From an uncultured Candidatus Saccharibacteria bacterium (GTDB lineage Bacteria > Patescibacteriota > Minisyncoccia > Phycocordibacterales > Zambryskibacteraceae): a stretch of DNA of 64,000 nt. The stretch lies in the NCBI GenBank assembly GCA_964383705.1, contig CAYLHJ010000002.1:1635-65634 (forward strand), written 5' to 3'. How positions within the stretch are numbered: position 1 is the first letter of the stretch; each line of letters begins with the position of its first letter. The notes beneath the pieces are model-generated. The model saw nothing but the letters and a program-made list of their open reading frames with translations, ran no database searches and was not told where the DNA came from. Positions 28,667 through 38,219 of this stretch are shown here, in pieces. A program made the position numbers and the translations under genes.

Positions 28667-31138
28667 TCAAAGACAGACGATCGAGGCGAGACTGTCTCCT
28701 TCACGGAGCTTCATGATACGAACACCTTGAGTTTGGCGTCCAAGCTTTGGTATTTCTTCAATGGACGTTCTGATAACTTGACCTCTTTTTGATATAGCCA
28801 CCACTTCTTCTTCGGAGGTAACAGTAACAGAAGAGATAAGCGGACCTGTTTTTGTAGTCACATTACCCGTTTTTATCCCAGATCCACCTCGATTTTGAAT
28901 TTTATATTCATCGAGACCGGTCTTTTTGCCATATCCATTTTCTGAAATGACAAGAAGGTGGGGTTTCTCAAAATCTTTTCTAACAATATCTGCAGCAATA
29001 ACCCTATCACCTTTTGAGAGTTTCATAATTCTCACTCCAGCAGCACCTCGACCCATTTCACGAACATCAGCTTCCTTGAAGCGAATGGCTTGACCTTTAC
29101 TTGTGACAAGCACAACACTATCTCCTTTTTCAACGAGAGAAGCCGAAACAAGAAGATCGTCATCAGAAAGTTTTATAGCAATAATTCCGCTTGATCTTAC
29201 ATCCGAAAAGCTTTTTGCAGAGACTTTTTTACCAATACCATTCTTGGTTGCCATAACAAGCGAGAGATTTTCTTTGCCTTTAGCGTCCTTTGAAACAGGT
29301 AGAATCGAAGTAATTTTTTCTTCTGACTGAAGGGCGATAAAATTCATTATAGACTTTCCTCGGGTTGCCCGTTTGCCTTCGGGGATATCATACATCTTAA
29401 TCTGATAGACTTTCCCTTTATCAGTAAAAAATAGTAATTCGCTGTGAGTACTTGCAGTAAGAAAATGGGTTACAAAATCTTCCTCCTTAGTATTTAGATC
29501 AACGACACCAACACCACCACGCTTTTGCTTTTTGTATTCGTCTGGATTTGTCCTCTTAATATAACCACCAGAAGTCAAGACTAAAGCATTTTCCTCGTCA
29601 GCAATAAGATCTTCTGGTGAAAACACCTTGGCCCCATGCTTTATTATCTTCGTTCGACGGGCATCGCCATATTTCTCCTGAATCTGAGCAAGCTCCTTTT
29701 TAATTAAACCTAGTACTTTTTTAGGACTTTCTAAAATACCTCGATATTCTTCAATAAGAGCTTTTACCTCTTTCAATTCGTCCTCTACCTTCTGTCTCTC
29801 TAATCCAGCAAGTTTCTGCAAACGCATTTCAAGAATAGCTAAGGCCTGTTTCTCTGAGAATTTAAATTTATCGCAAAGATTCTTCTTCGCATCTTCAACC
29901 GTTTTTGATGCCCTAATAAGTTTTATTATTTCATCGATATGATCAAGCGCCTTCTTAAGACCAAGTAAGATATGCTCTCGATCAAGCGCTTTCTCAAGAT
30001 CAAATTCTGTTCGTCTACGAATAACTTCTTTACGATGGGACACAAACTCTTCTAATATTTTTTTAAGAGAAAGTGTTTGGGGAATACCACCAACAAGAGC
30101 CACTAGATTAAAGTGAAAAGAATCTTCAAGTTGGGTATGTTTATATAAAGTATTAAGAACTTTCTGTGGCTGACTACCAGACTTAAGTTCAATAACAATG
30201 CGAATATCTTTTGCTGATTCATCACGAAGACCTTTAATGCCCTCAACTTTCTTATCTCTAACGAGTTCGGCAATTTTTTCAATAAGAGTCGCCTTATTCA
30301 CACGATATGGAATTTCAGTAATGATGATTTGGAAACTCCCTAATTTTGTTTCAGTAATCTCAGCCACTCCACGGACAACCACCCCACCTCGCCCAGTAGC
30401 ATAAGCATGGTGAATATCCTTCTCATTGAAAGCAATCCCACCAGTTGGGAAATCTGGCCCTTTGATATATTCGAGAAGATCGTCTGACGTTGCTTCTGGA
30501 TTATCCACTAGAAAAGAAACCGCATCACAAACTTCAGTCAAGTTGTGCGGAGGAATATTTGTTGCCATTCCAACAGCAATTCCCAATGTCCCATTTAAAA
30601 GAAGGTTTGGCACACAGGTAGGCAGAACCGTTGGCTCCTTCTTAGTCCCATCGTAATTAGGTCTAAAATCAACAGTATTTTTTTCAATATCATTTAAGAG
30701 TTCCCCAGAAAGCCGGGACATCTTTGCTTCCGTGTATCGATAGGCTGCAGCATTGTCACCATCAATTGAACCGAAGTTTCCCTGTCCTAAAACAAGCGGA
30801 TATCTGGTTGAGAAATCTTGCGCCATTTTGACCATAGCATCATAGACCGAAGCATCACCATGAGGATGAAAACTTCCAAGCACATCTCCAACAACGGTTG
30901 CAGATTTTCTGAATTTAGACGTTGCCGAAAGCCCCATATTGTTCATGGCATATAAAATACGACGATGAACTGGTTTTAAGCCATCTCTAACGTCAGGAAG
31001 GGCGCGATCAGTAATAACTGACATTGCATAATCGATAAAAGATTCCTTCATCTCAGAAACAATGTTTCGTGAGATAACATTGACTCTTTCTCCGCCACTT
31101 ATTGGGTTTTCTTCTTTAGAATTTTCTTTTTTTGCCAT
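28667..31138 (-). CDS. gyrA: DNA gyrase subunit A
   Basis: [22 protein letters not shown], GyrA-box QKRGGVG, C-terminal pinwheel repeats. Confidence 0.97.
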   Translation of the reverse strand: MAKKENSKEENPISGGERVNVISRNIVSEMKESFIDYAMSVITDRALPDVRDGLKPVHRRILYAMNNMGLSATSKFRKSATVVGDVLGSFHPHGDASVYDAMVKMAQDFSTRYPLVLGQGNFGSIDGDNAAAYRYTEAKMSRLSGELLNDIEKNTVDFRPNYDGTKKEPTVLPTCVPNLLLNGTLGIAVGMATNIPPHNLTEVCDAVSFLVDNPEATSDDLLEYIKGPDFPTGGIAFNEKDIHHAYATGRGGVVVRGVAEITETKLGSFQIIITEIPYRVNKATLIEKIAELVRDKKVEGIKGLRDESAKDIRIVIELKSGSQPQKVLNTLYKHTQLEDSFHFNLVALVGGIPQTLSLKKILEEFVSHRKEVIRRRTEFDLEKALDREHILLGLKKALDHIDEIIKLIRASKTVEDAKKNLCDKFKFSEKQALAILEMRLQKLAGLERQKVEDELKEVKALIEEYRGILESPKKVLGLIKKELAQIQEKYGDARRTKIIKHGAKVFSPEDLIADEENALVLTSGGYIKRTNPDEYKKQKRGGVGVVDLNTKEEDFVTHFLTASTHSELLFFTDKGKVYQIKMYDIPEGKRATRGKSIMNFIALQSEEKITSILPVSKDAKGKENLSLVMATKNGIGKKVSAKSFSDVRSSGIIAIKLSDDDLLVSASLVEKGDSVVLVTSKGQAIRFKEADVREMGRGAAGVRIMKLSKGDRVIAADIVRKDFEKPHLLVISENGYGKKTGLDEYKIQNRGGSGIKTGNVTTKTGPLISSVTVTSEEEVVAISKRGQVIRTSIEEIPKLGRQTQGVRIMKLREGDSLASIVCL

Positions 31139-31152
31139 ATACAATCAGGACA

Positions 31153-31521
31153 TTAAAATCTACTTCCAGATTCCTCTGATTTTGGAATAAATTTTATATC
31201 TCCATTTTCAACCTGTTTTTTTATTTTTTCATATTCAGTTTCTAGATTAAGATCCTCAACTGAAGTCTTACTATCAAACCAAAGACCACGAACAGCTTCA
31301 AACGCCTGTGCAACACCATTTTTAAGAGTAGAAATCGGCGTTTCCACCTTTTCAACTTTTTGCGCATTATTCTCTGCCACAATCTCGCGCGTGCCGTGAG
31401 GAAAAATAACAGAAGCCCACAGAACAAAAACTATAACAGTAATACCACCAGAAAGAGCAAAGGCTATATGTCTTTTTTGATGGTCGGGATATTTTTTTAG
31501 ACGTTCAATTAAATCTTCCAT
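31153..31521 (-). CDS. Hypothetical single-TM protein
   Basis: 122-aa ORF co-oriented within the operon; one TM segment. Confidence 0.65.
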   Translation of the reverse strand: MEDLIERLKKYPDHQKRHIAFALSGGITVIVFVLWASVIFPHGTREIVAENNAQKVEKVETPISTLKNGVAQAFEAVRGLWFDSKTSVEDLNLETEYEKIKKQVENGDIKFIPKSEESGSRF

Positions 31522-31530
31522 TGTCTTAAT

Positions 31531-32175
31531 TTAAGAAGTTACTGCTGACAATATAACAATATCACCTTCTTTACCTTCAAGATCTTTTTTCTTTATGGTT
31601 AATTTATCAACTGGTTTAATCCCCTCTTCTCCGCCTTCTTTTAGAAAGGTCTTTAAGGCCCCCGGATTGATATCATCCCCATAATAAATTGGAATAATTA
31701 CTTTTGGTTCAAGTTTAACGGCAAGACTATATGCCTCCGCTGAAGACAAAACGCCATTACCACCAATTGGAACAAATAAAATGTCTATATCATCAAGAGC
31801 TTCGACCGTTTCTGTGGGTATACTTTCGCTTGAAGTAAGAGCTCCGAGAAAACAAATATTCATCCCTTCAAGATTCATAGTGTAAATGGTATTAATCAAA
31901 CTCTCCCCACCATATTTTGTCTGAGAAATAAATCCACGGATAAAAACTCCGGCAATTTCATATTCACCTGGACCACGAATAACAAACGGTTCTTTCTCTC
32001 CTCTACTCGCATTATCTATCCCATTAAAATCAAAATGATTAGCAGAGACAAGAACAATATCTGCCCCAAATTTTGAAAACTTGAATTTTGACTCTTTTGA
32101 GGGTGGATTATAGGCCACAACCATGTCCCCAAACTGGATTTTGACCGATAAGGCCCCCTGATAAGAAATAATCAT
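31531..32175 (-). CDS. MBL-fold metallo-hydrolase-like protein (metal ligands degenerate)
   Basis: ADIVLVSANHFDFN, GPGEYEIAGV, DIDILFVPIGG, LEPKVIIP. Confidence 0.75.
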   Translation of the reverse strand: MIISYQGALSVKIQFGDMVVAYNPPSKESKFKFSKFGADIVLVSANHFDFNGIDNASRGEKEPFVIRGPGEYEIAGVFIRGFISQTKYGGESLINTIYTMNLEGMNICFLGALTSSESIPTETVEALDDIDILFVPIGGNGVLSSAEAYSLAVKLEPKVIIPIYYGDDINPGALKTFLKEGGEEGIKPVDKLTIKKKDLEGKEGDIVILSAVTS

Positions 32176-32259
32176 TATGACTATATATTAGCATATGCAA
32201 ATGATCTCTGCCAGCCAATTATAGACCTATACAAAGCCATATTATATAGCTTTGTGGTT

Positions 32260-32268
32260 TGTGGATAA
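32260..32268 (-). promoter_or_regulatory. Consensus DnaA box (TTATCCACA)
   Basis: TGTGGATAA on the + strand, 9 nt upstream of the -35 element at 32278. Confidence 0.45.
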
Positions 32269-32277
32269 GATAATGTG

Positions 32278-32305
32278 TTGACAAAATTTGAGGACATGTT
32301 ATGAT
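32278..32305 (+). promoter_or_regulatory. sigma70-type promoter for the GC-rich non-coding region
   Basis: TTGACA-16 nt-TATGAT with extended -10 TG. Confidence 0.65.
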
Positions 32306-32311
32306 GGGAGT

Positions 32312-33271
32312 AGAAGCACATCGCAGTTTATCTATAATGAACCGCCTCCACATTGATGATTCACATCATCTTAGGGGCGGCGAAGGATCCGCAAGCACAA
32401 GCTCTGCGGAAACGACGAAGAGGAGAGGAGGTTTCATGACCCGGCTCGCCCGCGGCAGCCCCCATCAGGGGGGTGACATCAAGAGGACCCATTCGACCGC
32501 CGACCAGACCAACGACACCAACATCACCGGCTGATCTTCGGCCGGCTCGGGGTGAGAGCATGAACAAGATTGGGGAAGAGCCCCAACCCATGACCTCACC
32601 CCTCCCTTTCCCCCATAGAGCCCGATGGGCCCGTGCGGGAAAATTCGCGGATTGTCGACGATGGTCCGCGATGCTCGTCCACTTCTCGCCGATGAATCGG
32701 CCAGAACTTCACCTGCGGAGATCGAGCCATGCTCAGCAAGCTGGAAACCGTGCGGGGGGAGCCCGCGGAGATCTGGACGCCGACCGAGTGAGCTGACAAC
32801 ACCGTTCCTGCGCCAAAAGCGTGAGAAAGGAAGATGGCCACGAGGCACCCAGTCTAGCCACTGGGCTCGTCGATAAGATACTTTACTAACTTTCCGCCCA
32901 ACGAAAGCCCCTTCTATTTTGATCGATTCCCTAGTCCCGTATGAATGGGCCGGGTGTCGCAAAACAGCTAAACGCCGAAAATCCTGGTGATTAATAATCA
33001 CCGGATAGTCGCCAAACAGCTAGAAGGCAGATGGCGAAAACTTGGTGGGCTCTTCGCCCCTCGGTGGTGTCTACGAAACACTACCTCAAGTATTCGCGGT
33101 CATGGCATATGGCGGAAAAAGCCACCATTAAAGAAAACGGCGAGAAAAACAGAGAGTACAAACGCTCCGAGGCGCGTCATAAGCCTCGGGAACAGGCACC
33201 CAGTGTGGTGCGCTTCCAAAGAAGGGTCTTTGACCCTTGCCCCCACGACAACCGTTGTGGGGGCTTTCTTT
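32312..33271 (+). ncRNA. Putative large (~950 nt) structured non-coding RNA, family unassigned
   Basis: Own promoter and terminator; GC about 47-62% in the 60-nt lines counted; many hairpins; 5' end (32313-32325) complementary to 33204-33216; overlapping ORFs have no recognisable protein features. Confidence 0.6.
33239..33271 (+). terminator. Intrinsic terminator closing the putative ncRNA
   Basis: GCCCCCACGAC-AACC-GTTGTGGGGGC-TTTCTTT. Confidence 0.85.
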
Positions 33272-33415
33272 ATATATAGACAAATACAGATCTTTGCGGT
33301 AGACTTTCGCTTGTCTTTAAATTTTTAGAAGAGACATTAATTATACGACGCAAGAGCTAATCCCACTTAGGAGAATAGTAGAAACGGCAACAGGTGGACC
33401 TCGGCGGGCAAAAAA

Positions 33416-34546
33416 ATGAAAAATAATACAAAAGATTTCCAAGAAGAAAATCCTTCTTCTGAGGATAGATCGGTTAAAAAGGATTCTTTAATGACGGGCC
33501 TAATGGATGAGAGCGCAACTCCGCCATCCCTTGAAGATCTCATTGAGGGAAAAGTTATCGCCATAGACAAGGGGGCAGTTTATATTGATTTACCACCTTT
33601 TGGAACAGGTATCATTTACGGTAGAGAATATCTAAACGCTAGAGATATTATTCGTAAGGTAAATATTGGCGATACGGTTGCCGGAAAAGTTATCGCCTTA
33701 GATAACAAAGAGGGATATATTGAAATATCCCTAAAAGAAGCTCGCCAAGCAATTATTTGGAGCGAGGCTGAAGATGCTATCCGCGATAAAAAGATATTTG
33801 ATCTTGCAGTAATTGATGCAAATAAGGGAGGTCTTATTTTAAGCTGGCAAGGAATTCAGGGTTTCTTACCCGCCTCACAATTAAAGCCTGAGCACTATCC
33901 AAGAATTTCTGATGGAGACAAAGATAGAATATTAGAAGAATTACGAAAGCTTGTTGGAGAAAAGATTGCTGTGATAATAATTGCCGCAATACCAAAAGAG
34001 GGCAAGTTAATATTCTCTGAAAAGAGTCATGAGACAAAAGACAAAGGCGAGATGGTTGATAAATATGCCTTGGGAGATGAACTTGAAGGAGAAGTTACAG
34101 GAATCGTAGATTTCGGAATATTCATAAAAATCGAAGAAGGTTTAGAGGGTCTAGTTCATATATCAGAAATAGATTGGGCGCTTGTTGAAAACCCTCGAGC
34201 TCTTTATAAGGTGGGAGATAAAGTAAAAGTAAAAATTATTGACATCAAAGATGGCAAAATTTCACTCTCTATCAAGGCATTGAAAGAAAATCCTTGGGTA
34301 AGCGCATCAAAGAAATACAAAAAAGACGATGAAGTTAAAGGAGTAATTATTAAATTCAATAAACACGGCGCACTAGCCTCAATTGAAGAAGGGGTCGCTG
34401 GTCTTGTTCATATTTCTGAGTTTGGTAGCGAAGAAAAATTGCGAGAAAAACTTGAACTTGGAAGAACATACGATTTTAAGATTACTCTTTTTGATTCGAA
34501 AGAGCAGAAGATGGCACTTTCTTTTGTAGACTCAGCAAAAAAATAA
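33416..34546 (+). CDS. rpsA: 30S ribosomal protein S1 (four-domain short form)
   Basis: S1 repeats: NKGGL, GFLPASQL, DFGIF..EGLVHISEI, GLVHISEF. Confidence 0.92.
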   Translation: MKNNTKDFQEENPSSEDRSVKKDSLMTGLMDESATPPSLEDLIEGKVIAIDKGAVYIDLPPFGTGIIYGREYLNARDIIRKVNIGDTVAGKVIALDNKEGYIEISLKEARQAIIWSEAEDAIRDKKIFDLAVIDANKGGLILSWQGIQGFLPASQLKPEHYPRISDGDKDRILEELRKLVGEKIAVIIIAAIPKEGKLIFSEKSHETKDKGEMVDKYALGDELEGEVTGIVDFGIFIKIEEGLEGLVHISEIDWALVENPRALYKVGDKVKVKIIDIKDGKISLSIKALKENPWVSASKKYKKDDEVKGVIIKFNKHGALASIEEGVAGLVHISEFGSEEKLREKLELGRTYDFKITLFDSKEQKMALSFVDSAKK

Positions 34547-34591
34547 ATAAACTAAGCTCCAAATTTACTAGGAGTTAATTTATTTTTTCCT

Positions 34592-34632
34592 AATAACAAA
34601 GGCGCGCAGATAAAAAGCGCGCCTTTGTTATT
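34592..34632. terminator. Bidirectional terminator
   Basis: AATAACAAAGGCGCGC-9 nt-GCGCGCCTTTGTTATT between convergent genes. Confidence 0.75.
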
Positions 34633-34951
34633 CCAAAACATTCAAACGAGAAATTATATCTTCTTTCAATTCCTTCGGTATCTCGCTGGTCTTTTCCGAA
34701 TAAGTCTCCTGAAGCTCTAAAACGTAAGATCCGAGCGACTTAGCCTTATCCAGATAATTTTTACCTTGTTCTTCTGAAATTAATCCGTCTTCCTGACAAA
34801 TCTCTATATAAGCCATAATCACATTTATGCGAGTTGCTACACAAGCAAGCCAAATATTATCCGTGTTTGCAAATTCCCTTTCTATATTTTCCGGAGATTG
34901 CTCAATCTCCCGCTTTAGCATTTCAAAATCATTTTTTGGTTCCCCTTCCAT
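34628..34951 (-). CDS. Hypothetical acidic helical protein
   Basis: MEGEPKNDF...; directly downstream of pth. Confidence 0.55.
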   Translation of the reverse strand: MEGEPKNDFEMLKREIEQSPENIEREFANTDNIWLACVATRINVIMAYIEICQEDGLISEEQGKNYLDKAKSLGSYVLELQETYSEKTSEIPKELKEDIISRLNVLE

Positions 34952-34955
34952 GTTG

Positions 34956-35537
34956 TTATGAATTAAACTCACTCATGGCCCTTTCCCTGCCCTCTAAAAT
35001 TATAGAGACAATAGCCTCAGAAACTTTTTTGGATATTTTTTTTAATGCCTCGGTTTCTTTCGGACTAAAATTGCCAATAATAAATTTATCTACATTGTTT
35101 GGTTTCTTAATTTTACCCGAGGGCGTGCTAGGGCTAATACCAACACGGATACGAACAAATTCGGTAGTTTTTAAAGATTTAATAATAGACTCAAGTCCGC
35201 GGTGACCGCCCGAGCCACGATTATAAGAGACCTTTATGCTACCAAAAGCAAGGTCTAAATCATCATAAACCACTATCAAACTGTGCGCACCCTTAATACT
35301 TCCAACCGCAGTTGACAGACTGGCGCCCGACTTATTCATAAATGTTTCAGGAAAAATGACCAAAACTTTTTCTTTTCCGATTTTACCCTGAGAGATCAAG
35401 GCTTTGTGTTTTTTACTCAGAATGGGTAAATCAAAATCATTCTTTTTAAGAAAAGATGAGACGACAATTCGCCCCGTATTATGACGAGTGTTTGCATATT
35501 CTTCCCCCGGATTCCCCAATCCCGCTATAACAATCAT
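34956..35537 (-). CDS. pth: Peptidyl-tRNA hydrolase
   Basis: GLGNPGEEYANTRHN, PETFMNKSG, YDDLDL, GGHRGL. Confidence 0.95.
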   Translation of the reverse strand: MIVIAGLGNPGEEYANTRHNTGRIVVSSFLKKNDFDLPILSKKHKALISQGKIGKEKVLVIFPETFMNKSGASLSTAVGSIKGAHSLIVVYDDLDLAFGSIKVSYNRGSGGHRGLESIIKSLKTTEFVRIRVGISPSTPSGKIKKPNNVDKFIIGNFSPKETEALKKISKKVSEAIVSIILEGRERAMSEFNS

Positions 35538-35629
35538 ATTGTTTAGTTTATCACATGAAAGAATTAGGAAAACACACAAATATCTCTTGTGTCAAAGCGG
35601 TAAAACATATTACAATCTGATAACAAAAA

Positions 35630-36244
35630 ATGAACCCACCTAGTACAAGCCAAGAAATCGAAACAAAAAACTATTCTGAGAGAAATAGTAGTGGTAACAA
35701 TCAGACAAGAAAACAAAAAAGTTTTTTCAGGGAGCTTTTGGAATTTGCATTAATCGCGGTCGTCATCGTTATACCATTCCGAATATTTATCGCCCAGCCA
35801 TTTGTCGTAAACGGTTCATCAATGGATCCAACATTTGAAAATGGAGAATATCTCATTGTAGATCAAATTTCTTACCGATTCGAAAAGCCCGCTCGTGGTT
35901 CAATAATCATTTTTAAATACCCAAAAGACCCGTCAAAATATTTTATTAAAAGAGTCATCGGTCTCCCGGGCGAAGAAATTATCATAAAAGATGGCAAAGT
36001 CACAATAATAAATGATAATTACCCAGAAGGAATTCCTCTGGAAGAACCTTATATTCAATATGAAAAAAAAGATTCTTTCACGACAACTCTTGAAAACGAT
36101 GAATATTTTGTTATGGGAGATAACAGACTTGGAAGCGCTGATTCTAGAGTTTGGGGGCCGCTCCCAGAATACAATATTGTGGGACGCCCACTTATAAGAC
36201 TCTTTCCGATTTCCAGACTTGATGTTTTACCTGGCAACGAGTAA
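35630..36244 (+). CDS. lepB: Signal peptidase I
   Basis: GSSMDPT, FIKRVIGLPG, GDNR..SADSR. Confidence 0.95.
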   Translation: MNPPSTSQEIETKNYSERNSSGNNQTRKQKSFFRELLEFALIAVVIVIPFRIFIAQPFVVNGSSMDPTFENGEYLIVDQISYRFEKPARGSIIIFKYPKDPSKYFIKRVIGLPGEEIIIKDGKVTIINDNYPEGIPLEEPYIQYEKKDSFTTTLENDEYFVMGDNRLGSADSRVWGPLPEYNIVGRPLIRLFPISRLDVLPGNE

Positions 36245-36267
36245 CAGTCTTCAAAATAATAATAAAT

Positions 36268-37485
36268 ATGTTTAAAACTCAAGAGATAAAAGCCCCAGCA
36301 GAAAAAACTGACAACGCTTTCGCTCTGAAAGAATTTGATAAAAGCCTTCTTGTAGCAACATATTTTGGATTCACCCCAATACGCACCCCATCAATTACCA
36401 AAGAAGATACCTTAAAACAAAAAATTGTTCGTGACCCACTTATTGAAATCCATGAACATAAAATCAGCAGTATCCACGAATGTGACCCAATTGAAAAAAC
36501 AGCGATATTAAGAACTTTTCTTGATTGGAAACTTGATACATTACCATCACCGGTAATGATTGCCTACAAAAAACCTCTTCAGGGCGCACATCATAAAAAA
36601 AATAATGAAACGTCCGTAGGTCTTGAGATAATAGGCCTTTCGGGAAGCCCGGCGGAAGCAATTCTAATTCGCACCGCAATCTCAATGCTTGAGGAAGATG
36701 GATGGAAAGATCTTTCCTTAACCATAAATAGTCTGGGTGATAAAGATTCCATCAATGATTTTGAAAGAATGATTACAAACTATGTAAAAAAGAATCTTAA
36801 TTTAATCCCAGCAGATATTCGAAATGTCCTGAAAAAAGATATCTTCGAAATTATTCGAACAGAAGATCCTCGATGCGAGAAAGTTCGGACAGACGCCCCC
36901 AAATCAATAAGTTTCCTACAGGAAACAGCCAGAAATCATCTAAAAGAAGTTCTTGAATACACAGAATCCTTTAATATCCCTTATAGCATAAATCCCTCTC
37001 TTATTGGTTCTCCAGCATATTGTTCTCATACACTATTTGAAATTCGAGCTGGAGAAAATAGAGAAATATTGCTTGCAAGCGGTTATCGATATGGAAGACT
37101 AACAAAAAAACTTGGCTTTAAAAAAGAGTTGCCGGCAGTTGGCGCAACAGTCAGCATAAAAAAGAAGGAAAAAAATACTCCCGTAAAAATACGACCGAAA
37201 TTCAAGTTCTATCTTATTCAGCTAGGATTTGGGGCCAAGATGAAAGCTTTGAAGGCAGTCGAGGTATTAAGAAAAGCCAAAACATTTGTTGCTCATTCAC
37301 TTGCTAAAGATAAACTTCAAAGCCAACTTACAAGTGCGGAAAATATGAAGGTGCCATATGTATTAATTATCGGCCAAAAAGAAGCTTTGGAGGAAACAGT
37401 TGTGGTTCGTGACACAAATACAAGGTTTCAGGAAAGTGTCCCAATCAACGAACTCGCCGAATACTTAAAAAAACTCCAAAAATAA
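36268..37485 (+). CDS. Degenerate histidyl-tRNA synthetase-like protein with HGTP anticodon-binding domain
   Basis: GLEIIG, INSLG, ASGYRYG..., PAVG, C-terminal anticodon-binding fold (VPYVLIIG...VVVRD); motif 2 not recognisable. Confidence 0.7.
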   Translation: MFKTQEIKAPAEKTDNAFALKEFDKSLLVATYFGFTPIRTPSITKEDTLKQKIVRDPLIEIHEHKISSIHECDPIEKTAILRTFLDWKLDTLPSPVMIAYKKPLQGAHHKKNNETSVGLEIIGLSGSPAEAILIRTAISMLEEDGWKDLSLTINSLGDKDSINDFERMITNYVKKNLNLIPADIRNVLKKDIFEIIRTEDPRCEKVRTDAPKSISFLQETARNHLKEVLEYTESFNIPYSINPSLIGSPAYCSHTLFEIRAGENREILLASGYRYGRLTKKLGFKKELPAVGATVSIKKKEKNTPVKIRPKFKFYLIQLGFGAKMKALKAVEVLRKAKTFVAHSLAKDKLQSQLTSAENMKVPYVLIIGQKEALEETVVVRDTNTRFQESVPINELAEYLKKLQK

Positions 37486-37550
37486 GTAAAAATTGCAAAT
37501 TTAAACTACATCTTGCCTAAATTAGGATTATTGTGTTACTATTCCAAACT

Positions 37551-37796
37551 ATGATAAATGTAGAAGTACAACGTGGTAGCACCGAAAATAGCTTGTCACT
37601 ACTCCGCCGATTTACCAAAAGGGTACAGGGGGCTGGCATTTTGCCTAGAATGAGGTCTCTGCGATATTCTGAACGAACAATATCTGAGAGCGTAAAACGT
37701 AAGAAAACTTTAAAACTCATCCGCCGTCGCGCTGAAATAGAAAAACTCTTGCGACTCGGGAAAATTATTCCTGATGCAAAAAAGAAACGAAAGTAA
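37551..37796 (+). CDS. rpsU: 30S ribosomal protein S21-like
   Basis: EN..SLLRRFTKRVQGAGIL..., basic C-terminus. Confidence 0.75.
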   Translation: MINVEVQRGSTENSLSLLRRFTKRVQGAGILPRMRSLRYSERTISESVKRKKTLKLIRRRAEIEKLLRLGKIIPDAKKKRK

Positions 37797-38184
37797 TTTA
37801 TCGTGTGAAATAACCAACAAAACAAAGGGCAAGCTTCCACGCTTGCCCTTTGTTGAGATAAAAGAGTCGCTTCTTGGAAAAAAATACTCTGTTTCACTCG
37901 TTTTTATAGGAGACAAGCTTTCCCAAAAACTCAACAGAGCCTATAGAAACAAAAATAAACCAACAAATGTTCTTTCTTTTTCTCTCTCAAAAAAAGAGGG
38001 TGAAATTTTTATAAATGTTAGCAAATCTCGAAGTGAGGCAAAAAAATTGGGTGAAAAAACATCATCATACATTGCATTTCTTTTTATCCACGGTTTACTG
38101 CATTTGAAAGGAATGGAACACGGTAGTAGAATGGAAGCTGAAGAATTAAGAACACTAAAAAAATTCAATATTAGGCGTATCTAA
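37774..38184 (+). CDS. ybeY: rRNA maturation endoribonuclease YbeY (start uncertain)
   Basis: LNRAYR.K.KPTNVLSF, IHGLLHLKGMEH. Confidence 0.9.
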   Translation: MQKRNESNLSCEITNKTKGKLPRLPFVEIKESLLGKKYSVSLVFIGDKLSQKLNRAYRNKNKPTNVLSFSLSKKEGEIFINVSKSRSEAKKLGEKTSSYIAFLFIHGLLHLKGMEHGSRMEAEELRTLKKFNIRRI

Positions 38185-38219
38185 ATTTAGATAGTTTCTT
38201 TTTCTCAATTACACCAACA

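Noticed and set aside
32200-32280. Replication origin
   Set aside because: There is only one consensus DnaA box, with no box cluster and no dnaA gene nearby.
32617-32770. Group II intron (GUGCG words; GAGCCCG..GCGGGAAAAUUCGC resembles domain V)
   Set aside because: The 3' arm of a domain V does not pair, there is no domain VI/AY end, no RT ORF and no interrupted gene. A degenerate relationship cannot be fully excluded without cmscan.
32312-33271. RNase P RNA, tmRNA or SRP RNA identity
   Set aside because: I found no GAGGAAAGUCC-type RNase P core, no tRNA-like T-arm/CCA end or AA-stop tag, and no SRP helix-8 motif; the region is also much longer than these RNAs.
32301-33328. Eight overlapping ORFs (76-178 aa) in the GC-rich block as protein-coding genes
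   Set aside because: They overlap on both strands, are mostly Arg/Gly/Pro/Ser-rich, have no recognisable motifs and are expected by chance at this GC content. Only the SD-led 32-codon ORF is kept as a possibility.
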